Source of the DNA: Macrostomum hystrix
Taxonomy: Eukaryota > Animalia > Platyhelminthes
Direction: 5' to 3'
NCBI GenBank assembly: GCA_950097015.1
Contig: CATNEN010000034.1
Coordinates: 3,906,001-3,970,000 of the forward strand
Length of the DNA: 64,000 nt
The position numbers were made by a program, and so were the translations under genes. The notes under the pieces are model-generated. The model worked only from the letters and a program-made list of their open reading frames with translations, made no database searches and had not been told where the DNA came from. Of the stretch, positions 46,163-58,725 are shown in pieces. Positions within the stretch are counted from its first letter, which is position 1. Each line of letters starts with the position of its first letter.

Positions 46163-46859
46163 GTCGTTGCTTGCTAGATTTGCCAACTGCTCGTAAGTCT
46201 ATAAAATATTTTTGAGCTCCGAATTTGACTCTGAAATATTTCTGGGTAAACAGGCTAAAACTAACAGAGCTTTGTTGGCTGCGCTTAGCAACCAAATTAA
46301 TGCTTTTTAGACTTCATTGACTTGTTTACTTTTACTTAGCAAAAATCAACCGTGAACGATTCAATCCCCAACGAAATATCGGGAAAACAATTAATTAACT
46401 CTGCTGCAATTTGTCGCATCACTAGCCTTCACTTTCATGACTTTGAAGGACGCCACATCAATACGATTTCGTGTCACGTTAGTTTATATCCCATCAGCTT
46501 GCTTTCTATCTAGAAACATTCTTGAAAGCCAGACTTAATAATAAGCAGTGTGTGTGGTGGCCCCAGTCCATGGACTGGACAGCAGTACAAATATTTTTAT
46601 CTGGCTATCTGTATTATTAATAAAACGTGCACGCTATTAATCAGTGCTGATTTTTTTTTGACAACAAATATTTTACTGGACAACAAAAAAACATAAAAAG
46701 CGAAGTTTTGTTGGAATCAACTATTGAGCTGGGAAGGGAAAAGCAAAGATAAAAAAATAAGAGCAGTAAAAACACATGGGACACCAGGAATAAAAAATAT
46801 GAAATGTATATTGTTAAATGTTAATGCGAGCTATAATTAATAAATTTAACTGATCGAAA

Positions 46860-47010
46860 GAACAGCCGCAGCTGTTGCACGCGTGCATCTGAAGACTGCG
46901 TACGGCTGTTCAGTCCATGGACTGGGAGGACGCAACACCCAGTGGAGTCGGGAATCGAACCCCCGACCGTTAAGTCGTGAGTCTGACGCTATAACCACAA
47001 AGCCACAACC
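46860..47010 (-). mobile_element. tRNA-derived SINE (family A), central domain absent
   Basis: Head GGTTGTGGCTTTGTGGTTATAGCG...GGTTCGATTCC joined directly to the tail shared with the 4788 copy; a tail fragment also lies near 46560. Confidence 0.8.
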
Positions 47011-47143
47011 TCTAATGCATACTGACAGTCGCTACATACTACTCATATTAAGTCCAATTGAGCAGATGATTAAGAAAATCCTGCGTAAGAACCATTGTCA
47101 GCTGAATGTCATTAAACAGCGATTCCGCAGGTCACAAATTTAT

Positions 47144-48358
47144 TTAGGCATTTCTATATATGCCCAAATTAGCGAGTAAAAATTGCCGGCACTCGTCACT
47201 GCTCTGGTGGCTGCCAAGTGAGCCGCGCCTAATGCACCGCCCGCAGCCGGGACAGCTGACCCGCTTGAACAGGCAGCTGACCTCCTCGTGGCTGGCCAGC
47301 TTCATGTAGGGCATAAAGTACGGACAGCCAGACAGATAGTTGCAGCACCTCACTAGTACGCTGGACAGCTGGAGTCGCGCCTCAGCGTCTGGCCGGCAGT
47401 CCTGGCGCCGGAAGCTGGGCGCTGAGGAGCAACGGGCATTGGCCTGAGAGCCTGAAAAAAAAGAATTGATTATCATCGATCGAATAGGATTTAGATTCGG
47501 CAAGAGATTAATCAAGCATTAGGACAAACACCGACTGTCTGATATGTGACACCTGTCTAACATGTAACACACCTTTATAATATATTACCCACCTGTCTAA
47601 GATGTACCACGGCTGTCTAACATGTAACACACCTGTCTAACATGAAACACACCTGTCTAACATATACAACGCATGTCTAACATGTAACACACCTGTCTAA
47701 CATGTAACATGGGCTGTCTAACATGTAACATGGGCTGTCTAACATGGATACTGCCTGTCTAACATGTAGCACACCTGTCTAACATGTAAAACACCTGTCT
47801 AACATAACACATAACATATGTAAAATTTTCCACATCTAACTGTATATAACACACATTTATAACAAATAACACACCTTTCTGACATATAACACACATAACA
47901 TAGCTATAACACACCATTCAAACATACAAACCACCTGTGTAAATTACCTTTTACCTTACCTAAATTACATCTAAAACACATATGACTAACATGAAAAGTC
48001 TTTCTGATTAAATTCACCATTATATAACCAAGCTGCTATTAATACCTGTACACATGTATACACATGCCTACAGTACAGCATAGTTTTCTAACATATAACA
48101 TAACATATAACACTAGAGCCATAACGGTTCATGATGCAGTAACGAGTACAGTTCACCTGGGCACAGTTGGCCCTCATCAATGTCGAGCAGCTTGACCCAG
48201 CAGAAGCCGCACAGGCGACAGTTATGCGGTGTATTGAAGGCTTCAAAGGCTGGCTGATTGCATGCACTGCAGGCAGGTAGCTGAGCTAGGTGTCGCTTTT
48301 GAATGTCCCACAGCAGAATGTGCGGTCTCAGCCAATTTTCAAACCCAACGGTAGGCAT
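47144..48358 (-). CDS. TRAF-like RING plus TRAF-type zinc-finger protein, apparently lacking MATH, about 169 aa (5' end uncertain)
   Basis: Exon 48358-48157 (CSAC...HNC.LCGFC...CP) and exon 47451-47144 (D...L..V.V.CCN...GC......L..H...C.F..V.CP.CG...R..L..H....C); GT-AG, phase 1. Confidence 0.75.
47530..47830. repeat. Degenerate 20-bp repeats (ACACCTGTCTAACATGTAAC) in the TRAF-like intron
   Basis: About 14 imperfect units. Confidence 0.8.
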
Positions 48359-50411
48359 TGTGAAGCGGAGCCAGCCAGCGGAGGCGGGGTCCTGTGCGCA
48401 TCTTTATACGAGCGTAACCCTCAGAAAATTCTAGAATTTTCTATTATAAAAATAGAAACTGAGTCAGTGATGTGCTGTAGACTGCTGAGCAGCCTCCAGA
48501 CAATCTGTGGAGTCAGCTGCTGTCCTAGGTCTGTGGGAGGGCTGGGGTGTAGGTAGTTTGTGGTTCCCGTGCACATTCACCTCCGCTCGCCACCCCCTCC
48601 TCTTTCTCTCTCTCGTTCCAGCTGTCTGCGCACTGAGTCACATTGCACGCCATGGTGCAATCGCTTCGGTACGGAAGAAGACTGGCAGAATATCGCTCAA
48701 ATGCTCCTACTATAAGTAGAGCACAGTCTGACGAATACACCGGGTGTGGTTAGCATTGTGGAAGCACACTTTCTTTATTTTCATGGCACTGTTTGATCGT
48801 TTGACTCTCATAAGTTAGAAACTGCATTTGTAAGCACTGATTCTAACTTCGCTTTGTGCCTAAGTCCCCAAAGACTAAGGTACGCTATTTACTGAGTAGA
48901 ACACGAGAGAGAACTTGACAATCTGTAGCCTGACTACCAGATTGTTCCACTGCTAGGAAGCATCAGAGTTGAGGCCGGATAATTCCTCTCTGAATCTAGT
49001 TCCTGTCTTGGTTATTTTCACCATTTGTGTGTGCCACGCTACCACAGGTACAACATCAGCAATACACTTCTATGTACGATCTCTTTTTAGTTATCAACCT
49101 TGGGAAGCAAACGGGAGAGAAAAAGAAAAGGAGAAAAGAGTGTATATTGTTACTTAGGCGGCGACAGAATAGAAAGCTAGAGACGACTGAGAAATTAGGC
49201 TGCACATCTGAAGGGGGGTGGATTGAAGAGCTAAAAGCAAAAGACTAACCCCCTTTTAGATCGATGTCGTGTTCACGTGAGAAATCCCGCAGAGGGCCAA
49301 TAGAAGTGCACGAAAACGTTATTTCATAATAAAAGCCTATTTAGCTCGTAACACTTAAATAAAGAGTACGTTGTCTGGCGGTAAAAACCACCAATAAGGG
49401 CAAACATTTTCTGCTCACAAAATTTCATCATGTAATCATATCGTCTATCATTGTTGACTATTTGAGATTGAGTACGAGCTAAATTTGTTTATTTGTCTTC
49501 TTTTGAAACAATACGGATTCGCCAAAAGTTTATAGAGGTTTTAGAGAGAGCATTGTTAGTTGTCCTTGTCACCAGGATCTTCGACAAGAATTGCTGAATA
49601 TCTTGACGATGCTGACTCGGACGGCTCTGAAAGTTAGTTCATCGCAAAGGATTTTGATCCACATGGTGGACTTTCACGAAAATCGGTCATTCGGTTTGGG
49701 AGCTCTCGTGAAGTAGACAGTGGGTAAAGAGGTTTTCGATATCGATATTTACGGTAAAGTGAACATGTACCTAAGTAGAATTATCCGAGTAAACCTGTAT
49801 GGAATCGAACGCGTTACAGCTCTGGCGCTCAACCCTCTTATAGTAAACACTAGAGAAGAAATAAGGAACACATTAAATTAAGATCACATGCTTCTGCTGC
49901 ATGCCCAAGTATTTGAAACACGTCTAAAGAAAGAATGAGTAAGCTTTGCTTTTTATGTTGACAAGATGAGCAATTGACATAACAAGTAGAAACTATATCA
50001 TTAGCGTCTACTAGCACTCGTAAATTATAGTTATCCTGATTTTAAAAAATTCTTATTGCTACCATGATTATGATACGAGTATGATAAAAAGTACGCAAAA
50101 TCATTAGATGGGTAGGGCAACGGTAAATTTTTGGAGCGTTCATTTCCATGGACGTTAAATTCACAAGTAAAGGCATGCTGTGGTCGCTAGCAGGCACCAA
50201 AACTAGATGAACAAACATGATATACAATCAGATTATGAAGGTTTCGGGTTTGTCAAATGATCAACGCTGGAAATAGCTCGCGGAACAATATCAACAAATT
50301 CATGGACTTTATATATACAGGAAATCTAAAGCAACTATCAGAGATCAAAATAGGTTATATTAAAGATTACCACTTGCAGCAGAAAATCGTGACTACGCAA
50401 AGAGAAGCCAA

Positions 50412-52613
50412 TTATTTCTCATTATCCAAAACAAAATCGACTACACTTTCCGGAATCGGTAGATGATCGGCAATCGCACTATCTGGGCGCTGTACAATGT
50501 CCACATTCCCAGCTGGTGGCGACATGATCGATGTGGGCATAGAGAAATCGGAGTTAGCTGGACTCCAGACTGACACGCTAGCCACAGAGCTAGTCAGATC
50601 GCTCATAACATCCATCGACTCAGAGGCACCACCGCGCCTGCGCAGAGGCACATAGCCCGGGACATCTTCCTCCCTTGGAATCATTCCGCGCAGGACAACA
50701 CAATCCTGAAGTGAGCCGGAGCGCTTCACGATCATCGTTCTAGGAGATAGCGGATCGTCGCAGAACTTAGCAAGAGGCGTCGAATTGAAGTAGGTCTCCG
50801 GCTTCGGTGTCAGATTGAGTATTCTAATCGTGCCAGAAGTTTCGTTTGTTGAATAGCAAACAGTCACAGTTGCTGTTGTCTCCGAGAATCTCAGTAATGC
50901 AAAGTCTCTTTTTTCTTTTTCTTTTTCGACGTACTGCTTAATAGTATCGATAGCGTCAGTCTTAGAAATGAACCCATAGAGTAGGTCATTCATCCATAGA
51001 CTATGGGCATGATCTTTTATAAACTTGACGCACGTGTAAACAAAGTCCCATAGAGACTTTCCCTTGCCTATGAATGGTACCTTGATCAGGTCGTCAAACG
51101 TAATACAATTAGGATTTCCCGTTTTTGTCATTAGCTCCTGACACTTCGTCAAAAAGTAAAATCGGTTCTGACGTTCCAATCCGTACCTTGTTTCGTCAAA
51201 AATATAACGGTCCATCAAGTCGACGCACTGATCAGCGCTAATTGACTTAAGAACATCGAAGCCCATGCGAACTGGCATAGGAAACATGTTCTCGTAGGCA
51301 ATACATGCAGACGACTCCATTCTCTGGTTGTCATTTGTGATGAATGTCACGGGCCGAGACAGACAGTCGATCGACAAATCTTTACAATGAGCCCGAAAAT
51401 GGAAAGCAAATTTCTGCGCCCAAACAGGATTCTTTCGCGTGGGCAACTTGGTAACTTGAAGCGATATTTCCGCTGAAAACTTGTTGCCTCGCATCAGTTG
51501 GCGCCCATCTCTATCGCGTAAGGAAATGGCGCTCGCGTTCCTCAACTCATCCCATTTCAGGCTGCTCGCGTTCGCCTCAAGATTGCGGACGCAATCTTCA
51601 TTTAGTAGCGTAACATCGACAATCAATGCTTCGAACTGGAAGAGCTTACTGAAGAAGTCACCGAATAGTAACTCAATGTTGAACTTTACGTGCTTCTTCT
51701 CGCGAATGACTTGGCATGACTGGGTTAGGACAACCAGTGATTTCGATAGCAGGTGCTTTAGCTTGACATTAAAATCTGTGCACCCTAAAGCTTCGCTGGC
51801 TCTGTGGAGCTTCTCAAAGTCAACTGCTTCAACTAAAGAGTTGATTTCGAAGCGCTTTATATCATCGTTGACCAGCTCCCTCTTAGAATGAACGGAAAAA
51901 TAGTTTGCCAATTCATCGACAGCGGTTGTTAAATTATCAAATGATAATTGATTAAGAAATTCGCTCTCATTAAAAGCGCACAGAGCCAGTTCAACATCCT
52001 TGAGTTGGTTAGTGTCCTTAGTGAGACGAATTCTTTTCTGGAAATGTGTGAGTATGATGGCCTTCTCCGACACGCTATCGGAAGACAGTTCCCTTTTAAG
52101 CAATGTAATTCTTCCTGAAAATGCAGCCGGCTTTGAATGTTTCTGGAGCAATGAGGCTTCAAAGTCGAGAATTTTCCTGACCGCAAGCAGGAATGAGTAG
52201 CCATTGTCGGCCAGGAATTTCTTTTTGAACTCAGTCTCATAGCACACTTTTCTGTCTTCAAAGGCTAGCCTCTGGCGATCGGAATTGTTGCTGGAATCAC
52301 AAGAGCATGCCAGCCTATCCATACCCTGATAGTAGCTCAGCACGCGATCATGAAAATCAGTTACAAACGCGTTCATGCCCGTCTTTGGCTGCAGGAGCAG
52401 AAGCTTGTTATTGTCAGCTGAGACATCGATATTGTAATTAAGCAACTCCAGTCGTTCAGCCACAATGCACTCATCAAGGATGCTGCGCAAGTCTCTAGTG
52501 AAGAAATCGCCCATAATTTGCCGGTATAGCCAAAGCAAACTCGGCAGAACGGACCGGTTCTCCGATATCAGCGACTGAATCTTTGAAAACTGACCGCCAG
52601 ACTGACATGCCAT
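50412..52613 (-). CDS. STAT: STAT-family transcription factor, single exon, 733 aa
   Basis: N-domain-like LY...DFFTRDLRSIL; linker PVTFITNDNQ...ACIAYEN; SH2 LWMNDLLYGFISK...ALLRFSET; phosphotyrosine tail PGYVP; Ser/Pro-rich C-terminus. Confidence 0.88.
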   Translation of the reverse strand: MACQSGGQFSKIQSLISENRSVLPSLLWLYRQIMGDFFTRDLRSILDECIVAERLELLNYNIDVSADNNKLLLLQPKTGMNAFVTDFHDRVLSYYQGMDRLACSCDSSNNSDRQRLAFEDRKVCYETEFKKKFLADNGYSFLLAVRKILDFEASLLQKHSKPAAFSGRITLLKRELSSDSVSEKAIILTHFQKRIRLTKDTNQLKDVELALCAFNESEFLNQLSFDNLTTAVDELANYFSVHSKRELVNDDIKRFEINSLVEAVDFEKLHRASEALGCTDFNVKLKHLLSKSLVVLTQSCQVIREKKHVKFNIELLFGDFFSKLFQFEALIVDVTLLNEDCVRNLEANASSLKWDELRNASAISLRDRDGRQLMRGNKFSAEISLQVTKLPTRKNPVWAQKFAFHFRAHCKDLSIDCLSRPVTFITNDNQRMESSACIAYENMFPMPVRMGFDVLKSISADQCVDLMDRYIFDETRYGLERQNRFYFLTKCQELMTKTGNPNCITFDDLIKVPFIGKGKSLWDFVYTCVKFIKDHAHSLWMNDLLYGFISKTDAIDTIKQYVEKEKEKRDFALLRFSETTATVTVCYSTNETSGTIRILNLTPKPETYFNSTPLAKFCDDPLSPRTMIVKRSGSLQDCVVLRGMIPREEDVPGYVPLRRRGGASESMDVMSDLTSSVASVSVWSPANSDFSMPTSIMSPPAGNVDIVQRPDSAIADHLPIPESVVDFVLDNEK

Positions 52614-53333
52614 GCGACCTTGTGATCTGAAGCGTTTAAAAAAGGCATGTGATTGGCTACTTGATTAACTGAAGAAAATTCACTTAGAATTTCTCAAGAA
52701 AATTAGACTAAAGTGGATTATTTAACAACTATTGCAAATTCCTTTTTTAATTGACCTTTAAACATATCAAAATCGCTGGCTTTGTAAAGATTGAGACTAA
52801 AAATAAAAATAAAAACAAAAAATTATTGTTGCAGATTTTAACAATACGTATTTCTGTGTGCAACTTGAAAAGCAAAAATTACGTACGTTACTTTGAATCG
52901 TATTATTTTTTTATTTTTAATTATTAGCCATTACTTCACAACTCTAACCCTGTAAAATCAGAACAAATACTTAATATGTCATCACTAATAATGCAGCCAA
53001 TGAAAATAGCCAGTAGTGCGAGAACAAGTATCATCAGCTGTTCTTACCTAGCCAATACTACTCTGAGTACTCTTTGATGCATCATGCCTTCTCTTATGAA
53101 AAAACCAACATGCTGCTTTAGAAGCATAATTGTGTAAGAAATAGGAATTTAACCTAGGATTTGAAACATACTAAACAAGAACAGAAGAAGACAACAGAAA
53201 ATAAGCTTAAACTAACAATAAGCACATCGATTACAATAAAAATGCATACAGTCAGTGTGCCAATGTGTTCACCAGAATTCAGTTTAGTGCTTTCAGTCAG
53301 AGAATTTTTTACAGAAACCAGTAAAGACCCAAA

Positions 53334-55928
53334 TCAGCTGAGGCCTAGGAAGTCGTCCATCAGGGTGCCAACGCCGAAGATGTCGCTGGCGTCGACTCGC
53401 ATGCCCATAATGCGAATGCGAATGTCGTCGTCCTCCTGGATGACGCTCTCCTCGTCTTCGGTCTTGTAGCACGGCGGATTGCTGGTCGGGTCAAACTTCA
53501 TGTTGCCCGGTATGCTGTGCCGCGAGATGAAGACGGACAGGGGCCCGACCTCTGTGAAGATGCCCACCTTATTGACTTGGGTCACCACGGCGTCAAGCAC
53601 CTCGCCTTTGAATGGTCGGAAGACAACGGCGTTGTATTTAACCGGGTAGAGCACGAAGCCTCGACCTGGTTGGATTATGCCATCGCCGACGTGAGTAACT
53701 CGGCTAACGCACACAATAAATCCGTACCTGGAAGCATTAGAGGAATATTATTATGAACGGCTTGTTGTTGCCAAGTCATCTGGATTTATTTAAGTATATG
53801 TAGGGCCAGAGAAAGAGATAAAATAAGAACTGAAGGTCTGAATATGGCCTGAGGAAAGGCTGGAAGCCACTCATAATGGCCATGATGCCACCATTTAAGG
53901 TATGATGCCACCTTAATGCCACTTATGAAGGCTAAGATGCTTTTTTAAGCTTAGATGCCACTTTAAAAGGCCTGAGGAAGAGGCTGAAAAGGGCCTGAGG
54001 ATATCGTCAAGTCAATAAATTCACTCACTTTCCATTACAGGTGCCTTCCACCTCAGAGTGGAGCTTTTTGGTAATGATCTGTTGGATTTGTGGCCCAAAG
54101 TATCGCGGATGCAGAAGGATTTCATGCTCCAGAACAACCTGACCAATTATTAATTATTAAGAAAGATTTTATTTAATGGCAAATAAAACGGAATCTAGCT
54201 TAGTTTTTAGGCTTCAAGAAACAATATATTGTTTAATTCTACATCTGAAAATGCAAAAGAACAAATTACAAGTGTACACTGTATTTTCATACTCAAAAGA
54301 AAACACTACAGATGGTAGTACAAGGTTGCAGTGGAAGATCCATACAATACTTGTGATAAAACATTCAGTTTCACGTGTACTTAAGTCAAGCAATAGGGTC
54401 TCTGGCTATTTGGCATACCATTTGTGCCAATTTATTTCCTTGAGTGCATTCATGTAGAAATATTTCTCTAATAAATATATTATCACCTTAGTGGCAAACA
54501 AATTCTTTTCTTTTATTTATTGAAAACAATTAACTAATGTTGAACACATCCTTTTTCATGTTTATATGTGAAAAGCGATGCTAGTTTTTTTACAAAAAAG
54601 CATCTTAATATACCTATTTTCATGTATCTAGTACATATATCTATGCAAGTACAGAATGAGCTTATTAGCTTTGCTATAACATCAGGATCAAAGAGTCTTC
54701 AGGGAGACAATGCAATAACATTATTACAAAGTAGAATAGCCAAGAATTATTTCGTTATCAGTTAATTTTTTCCATTTTGCAAATGTATCTACTCTTACCC
54801 TCCTAATCCTTCTAAACAATATAATAATGGACTTGGCCTCATGGACTAATGGATTGGCCAGTTAGGAAGAGTTGTTTTTCTTGTTGACAAGTTATAAAAT
54901 ATCCCTGCTCCATTTTGAGTATAAGCAAATCCTATAACTATCATCTATCTTTAACTTATCAGACAACTTGTACACTTCTTGCTCAATATTCCTGAACTCA
55001 TTTCTTGTCCTGACCAATAAGCTATTTGTGTGTTTCCTGTGTGGTGCAAACACATTTGAAATTCAAATTGTCAAGTGAATATATGTTGATATCATGCAAT
55101 AGCTAGATAATGCATTAGCAAATAGAGGCTAGGTGACCAAGAAAATACTATGGGTGAATTAAGCATGTGAGCTCTGCTACTGCTCTACTGATATTTAAAT
55201 GATTTTCTGTCCATTGAAATTTGAATTGAGAGGCTGAAATATAAATTAGTCTCAATTCTCAATTAAGAGGCTATTATTCAAAATTGTCAGTCAAATTCTA
55301 TCTATAAATTGGCAATCTAGGTCAAAATCAATGACTTAAATGACTCAATGGTTTAAAGTCTAGAAAATGAAGTTACAATAATTGTCAGATGAAAGAGTTA
55401 AAAATGGAAAACATACGTAAAAATGATAATATAATCTAATAATATGCCTATTCAACAAAGTGGTTAGTACAAGATATTTCATCAGATATATTCAATTTTG
55501 AGTAAAATGAGTATAATGAGTATACTTTTTGCTATTTAAAAAATATTACACATAAACAACATAGCCACATAAAAAGCTGACAGAGGCCATCACAGTTTGT
55601 AAAGCTTTTGGAAGCTTTGAAACACAAAAATACATAATGTTTTTCAGGATTTGGGTTTTAAAATACTTAAAACATTTATAAACAAAAAACATAGCATTTA
55701 AAAATTAATGCTGTTTGCTTGAATGTATACATTGTTTTCACAAGATTGTCCTATATATTTGGCTGATACTATATGTATGCACAATGGTAAGTTGCCCGTC
55801 TTAAGTGCATATTTTATACAGTTAATTGTCAGTTAATACTATGAGAAAAAATTATAAAAGTCATTCACTTAATTCTGATGCGAAATATTAACTTTACTTA
55901 ATAAAATATTACTTACAAAGTAGAACAT
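53334..55928 (-). CDS. POLR2G: RNA polymerase II subunit RPB7, 171 aa
   Basis: Exons 55928-55917 (MFYF, donor GTAAGT), 54138-54029 ([16 protein letters not shown]...VEGTC) and 53727-53334 (YGFIVCV...[14 protein letters not shown]...GPL..FIS.H.IP...GTLMDDFLG). Confidence 0.95.
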
Positions 55929-57419
55929 TCTCTTCTTGTTGATTGCCACAACAAAAATAATCTTGCTTAGGCGCACACTACAATTGACAATTGAAAAGTA
56001 TAACTTTTTTGTGTCGTTGCGAGGCTGAAATTTCAGATAGAAAAATAAATCTGCATATAACAGATGAATAATCCTGTGTTATGCCGAAAAATTCAGGACA
56101 CTTCGCTAGTAGGAAAGTGATTGACGTAAGACAGCCGACAGTAAAGGTTCCTTTGAGAAAATCCTTTCTATGAAACAGCGCTATTCGTATTTTATAAAAA
56201 AGTTAAATGAATTTTTTAAATTCACTTTAGGTGGTTTAAATCACTTTAACCACCTTATAAGTGAACTTATGATAAAAAAGCAAAATTTCGCTTTATAATT
56301 TATATGTTTAATTTAGATATATGGATTCAAGTATCTCTCTATCGACAGTTGGATTAGTTTCGGACGTTTATCCCGCACAGTTTATAAAAACTTAAGGTAT
56401 CAGATCAGCGTTTTTTATTTCAATCTTAAAAATAACGACGGAAATGCAAGATGTACAAAAATGTGCCCATTAAGGATTTAAAACAATTATGAATCAACTT
56501 GATAAACAGATCGGTGTCAACTGTTTGAAATTTCACACCCTAAGAATGCAAATGATGCGTTCCAATCGGTGGAAAATATATATTTCGTCACATTTGGGAC
56601 CAAATCTGGTCTAGAAAACCGAATGAGAAAACAAGACTAGTTTATAAAACAAAAATATTTTTATGTTCTGCTTCTTATAACTAAGGCTTTTTCATGTCTA
56701 AACAAAATATTCGTCACCGCTATCATTTTGCCAAATCACTCCAGGTCCCACAGGACAACCATCCCCTCAAACATCGGGGGGCCGGAAAACATTGCCAGAC
56801 GTTTCCTCATTGGTTGGCTCTGGTCGTCTTTTTTCCTAACCCTCCAAATGCTTTATTCTAAACTTGATGCTTCAGATTTAGATACAACGACAACGAGCCA
56901 ATGCTTAAGTTAAGGTCCAAATTGGTCTTTGTTTAAATAATGTCTCGAGTCTTGTTCGATCCCCTAAAAGCTCTCTTCTAATTTGCGAAAGACAACCCCA
57001 AATTTGGCTTGCTACTCTGGACCGATCATTCTCTCTCTGTCACCTCATTTGCGTTCGCTTCTTCTTTCCTGTCCCAGACTCCACCCGTCGCCCACCCCCT
57101 CCACCGACTTACCAGCCTCAAAGCTTTTAAACACACAACCCACCTCGGTCACGATTGCATGCAACAAAGCAGGAACAAACTAATTGTCAAGGCTGATGAG
57201 AGCCATTTAATCAAAAAATTTCAGAAAGTATCCTAAAGGTGAAGTTTTTGCAATCGCTGGTAGCACAACGGGGACAGACGTCAAAGTTATTCATTCTCTT
57301 TGTGTAAGTTTTAAGCAGATTTGACTTTCATTGCCATAATTTTAATTTCCTTTTCCCATCGTCAGCCGGCTAATTAATCAGTCTTCAAACCTGAGACCAA
57401 ACTGCCACTCCAAATCCTA

Positions 57420-58140
57420 GCTACGCTCCCAATCCCACTGTCCCAATCCCACTCTCCCAATCCCACTCTCCAAAACCTACTCTCCCAATCCTTCTCTCCC
57501 AATAATCCCACTCTCCCAATCCTACTCTCCCAATCCCATTCTCCCAATCCCACTCTCCCAATCCCACTCTCCCAATCCCACTCTCCCAATCCCACTCTCC
57601 CAATCCCACTCTCCCAATCCTACTCTCCCAATCCTACTCTCCCAATCCCTCTCTCCCAATCCCACTCTCCCAATCCTACTCTCCCAATCCTACTCTCCCA
57701 ATCCCTCTCTCCCAATCCCACTCTCCCAATCCCACTCTCCCAATCCCTCTCTCCCAATCCCACTCTCCCAATCCTACACTCCCAATCCTACACTCCCAAT
57801 CCTATTCTCCCAATCCCACTCTCCCAATCCCACTCTCCCAATCCCACTCTCCCAATCCCACTCTCCCGATCCCACTCTCCCAATCCCACTCTCCCAATCC
57901 TACTCTACAAATCCTACTCTACAAATCCTACTCTACAAATCCAACTCTCCCAATCCTACTCTACAAATCTTACTCTACAAATCCTACTCTACAAATCCAA
58001 CTCTCCCAATCCTAGTCTCCCTATCAAGCTCTCCCAATCCTAGTCTCCCAATCCCACTCTCCCAATCCTAGTCTCCCAATCCCACTCTCCCAATCTCCCT
58101 ATCAAGCTCTCTCAATCCTGCTCTCTGAATCCCACTCTGT
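57420..58140. repeat. 14-bp minisatellite (CTCCCAATCCCACT)
   Basis: About 50 tandem units. Confidence 0.95.
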
Positions 58141-58569
58141 GGTAATAATCGGACATTTAGCATGCACCATTGCTCCCATGATTTTGCCATTGCTTTTGCT
58201 TGTCTACCTCCTTCTGTGTACACTTGCGCAAAAACTCTCAGCTATACCGAAGAAATGTCAGTTATTCGCTTTGCGCAGCACAAAATAGGGTGTAAAGGTC
58301 CTTTTCAATCTGCGTAAACCGAGCAACTAAAAAGGATTAAGGAAATAGCCCACGCAGAAAAATGCTGCGCTATCGTTTCCTGTACCCGCCCCAGTGTTTT
58401 TCTTTCCTATCCACCCAGGCAGTTTTTAATCCCGACCCCCATCCCCACTCCACATTGCAAGAGGATCTAGAATTTTCCAACCGGAAGTTTGAGTCCTTAA
58501 ATGAGTCAAAACACGCACTCACGAGTGGAATTATTTCAAAAAGACGGAAATCTATATCTGAAAAAATAT

Positions 58570-58725
58570 GAATAATAACATGAGTTAAAAAATAGGAATA
58601 TTAACATGAGTTAAAAAATAGGATTATTAAAATGAGTTAAAAAATATGAATAATAACAGGAGTTAAAAAATAGGAATATTAACATGAGTTAAAAAATAGG
58701 ATTATTAACATGAGTTAAAAAACGA
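58570..58725. repeat. About 27-bp AT-rich repeat (AACATGAGTTAAAAAATAGGAATATT)
   Basis: About 6 units. Confidence 0.8.

Noticed and set aside
48400-48740. Upstream coding exons of the TRAF-like gene (MACNVTQC...)
   Set aside because: A plausible short intron exists, but the spliced frame stops before the RING exon and joining it needs a weak GTTTCT donor; left unresolved
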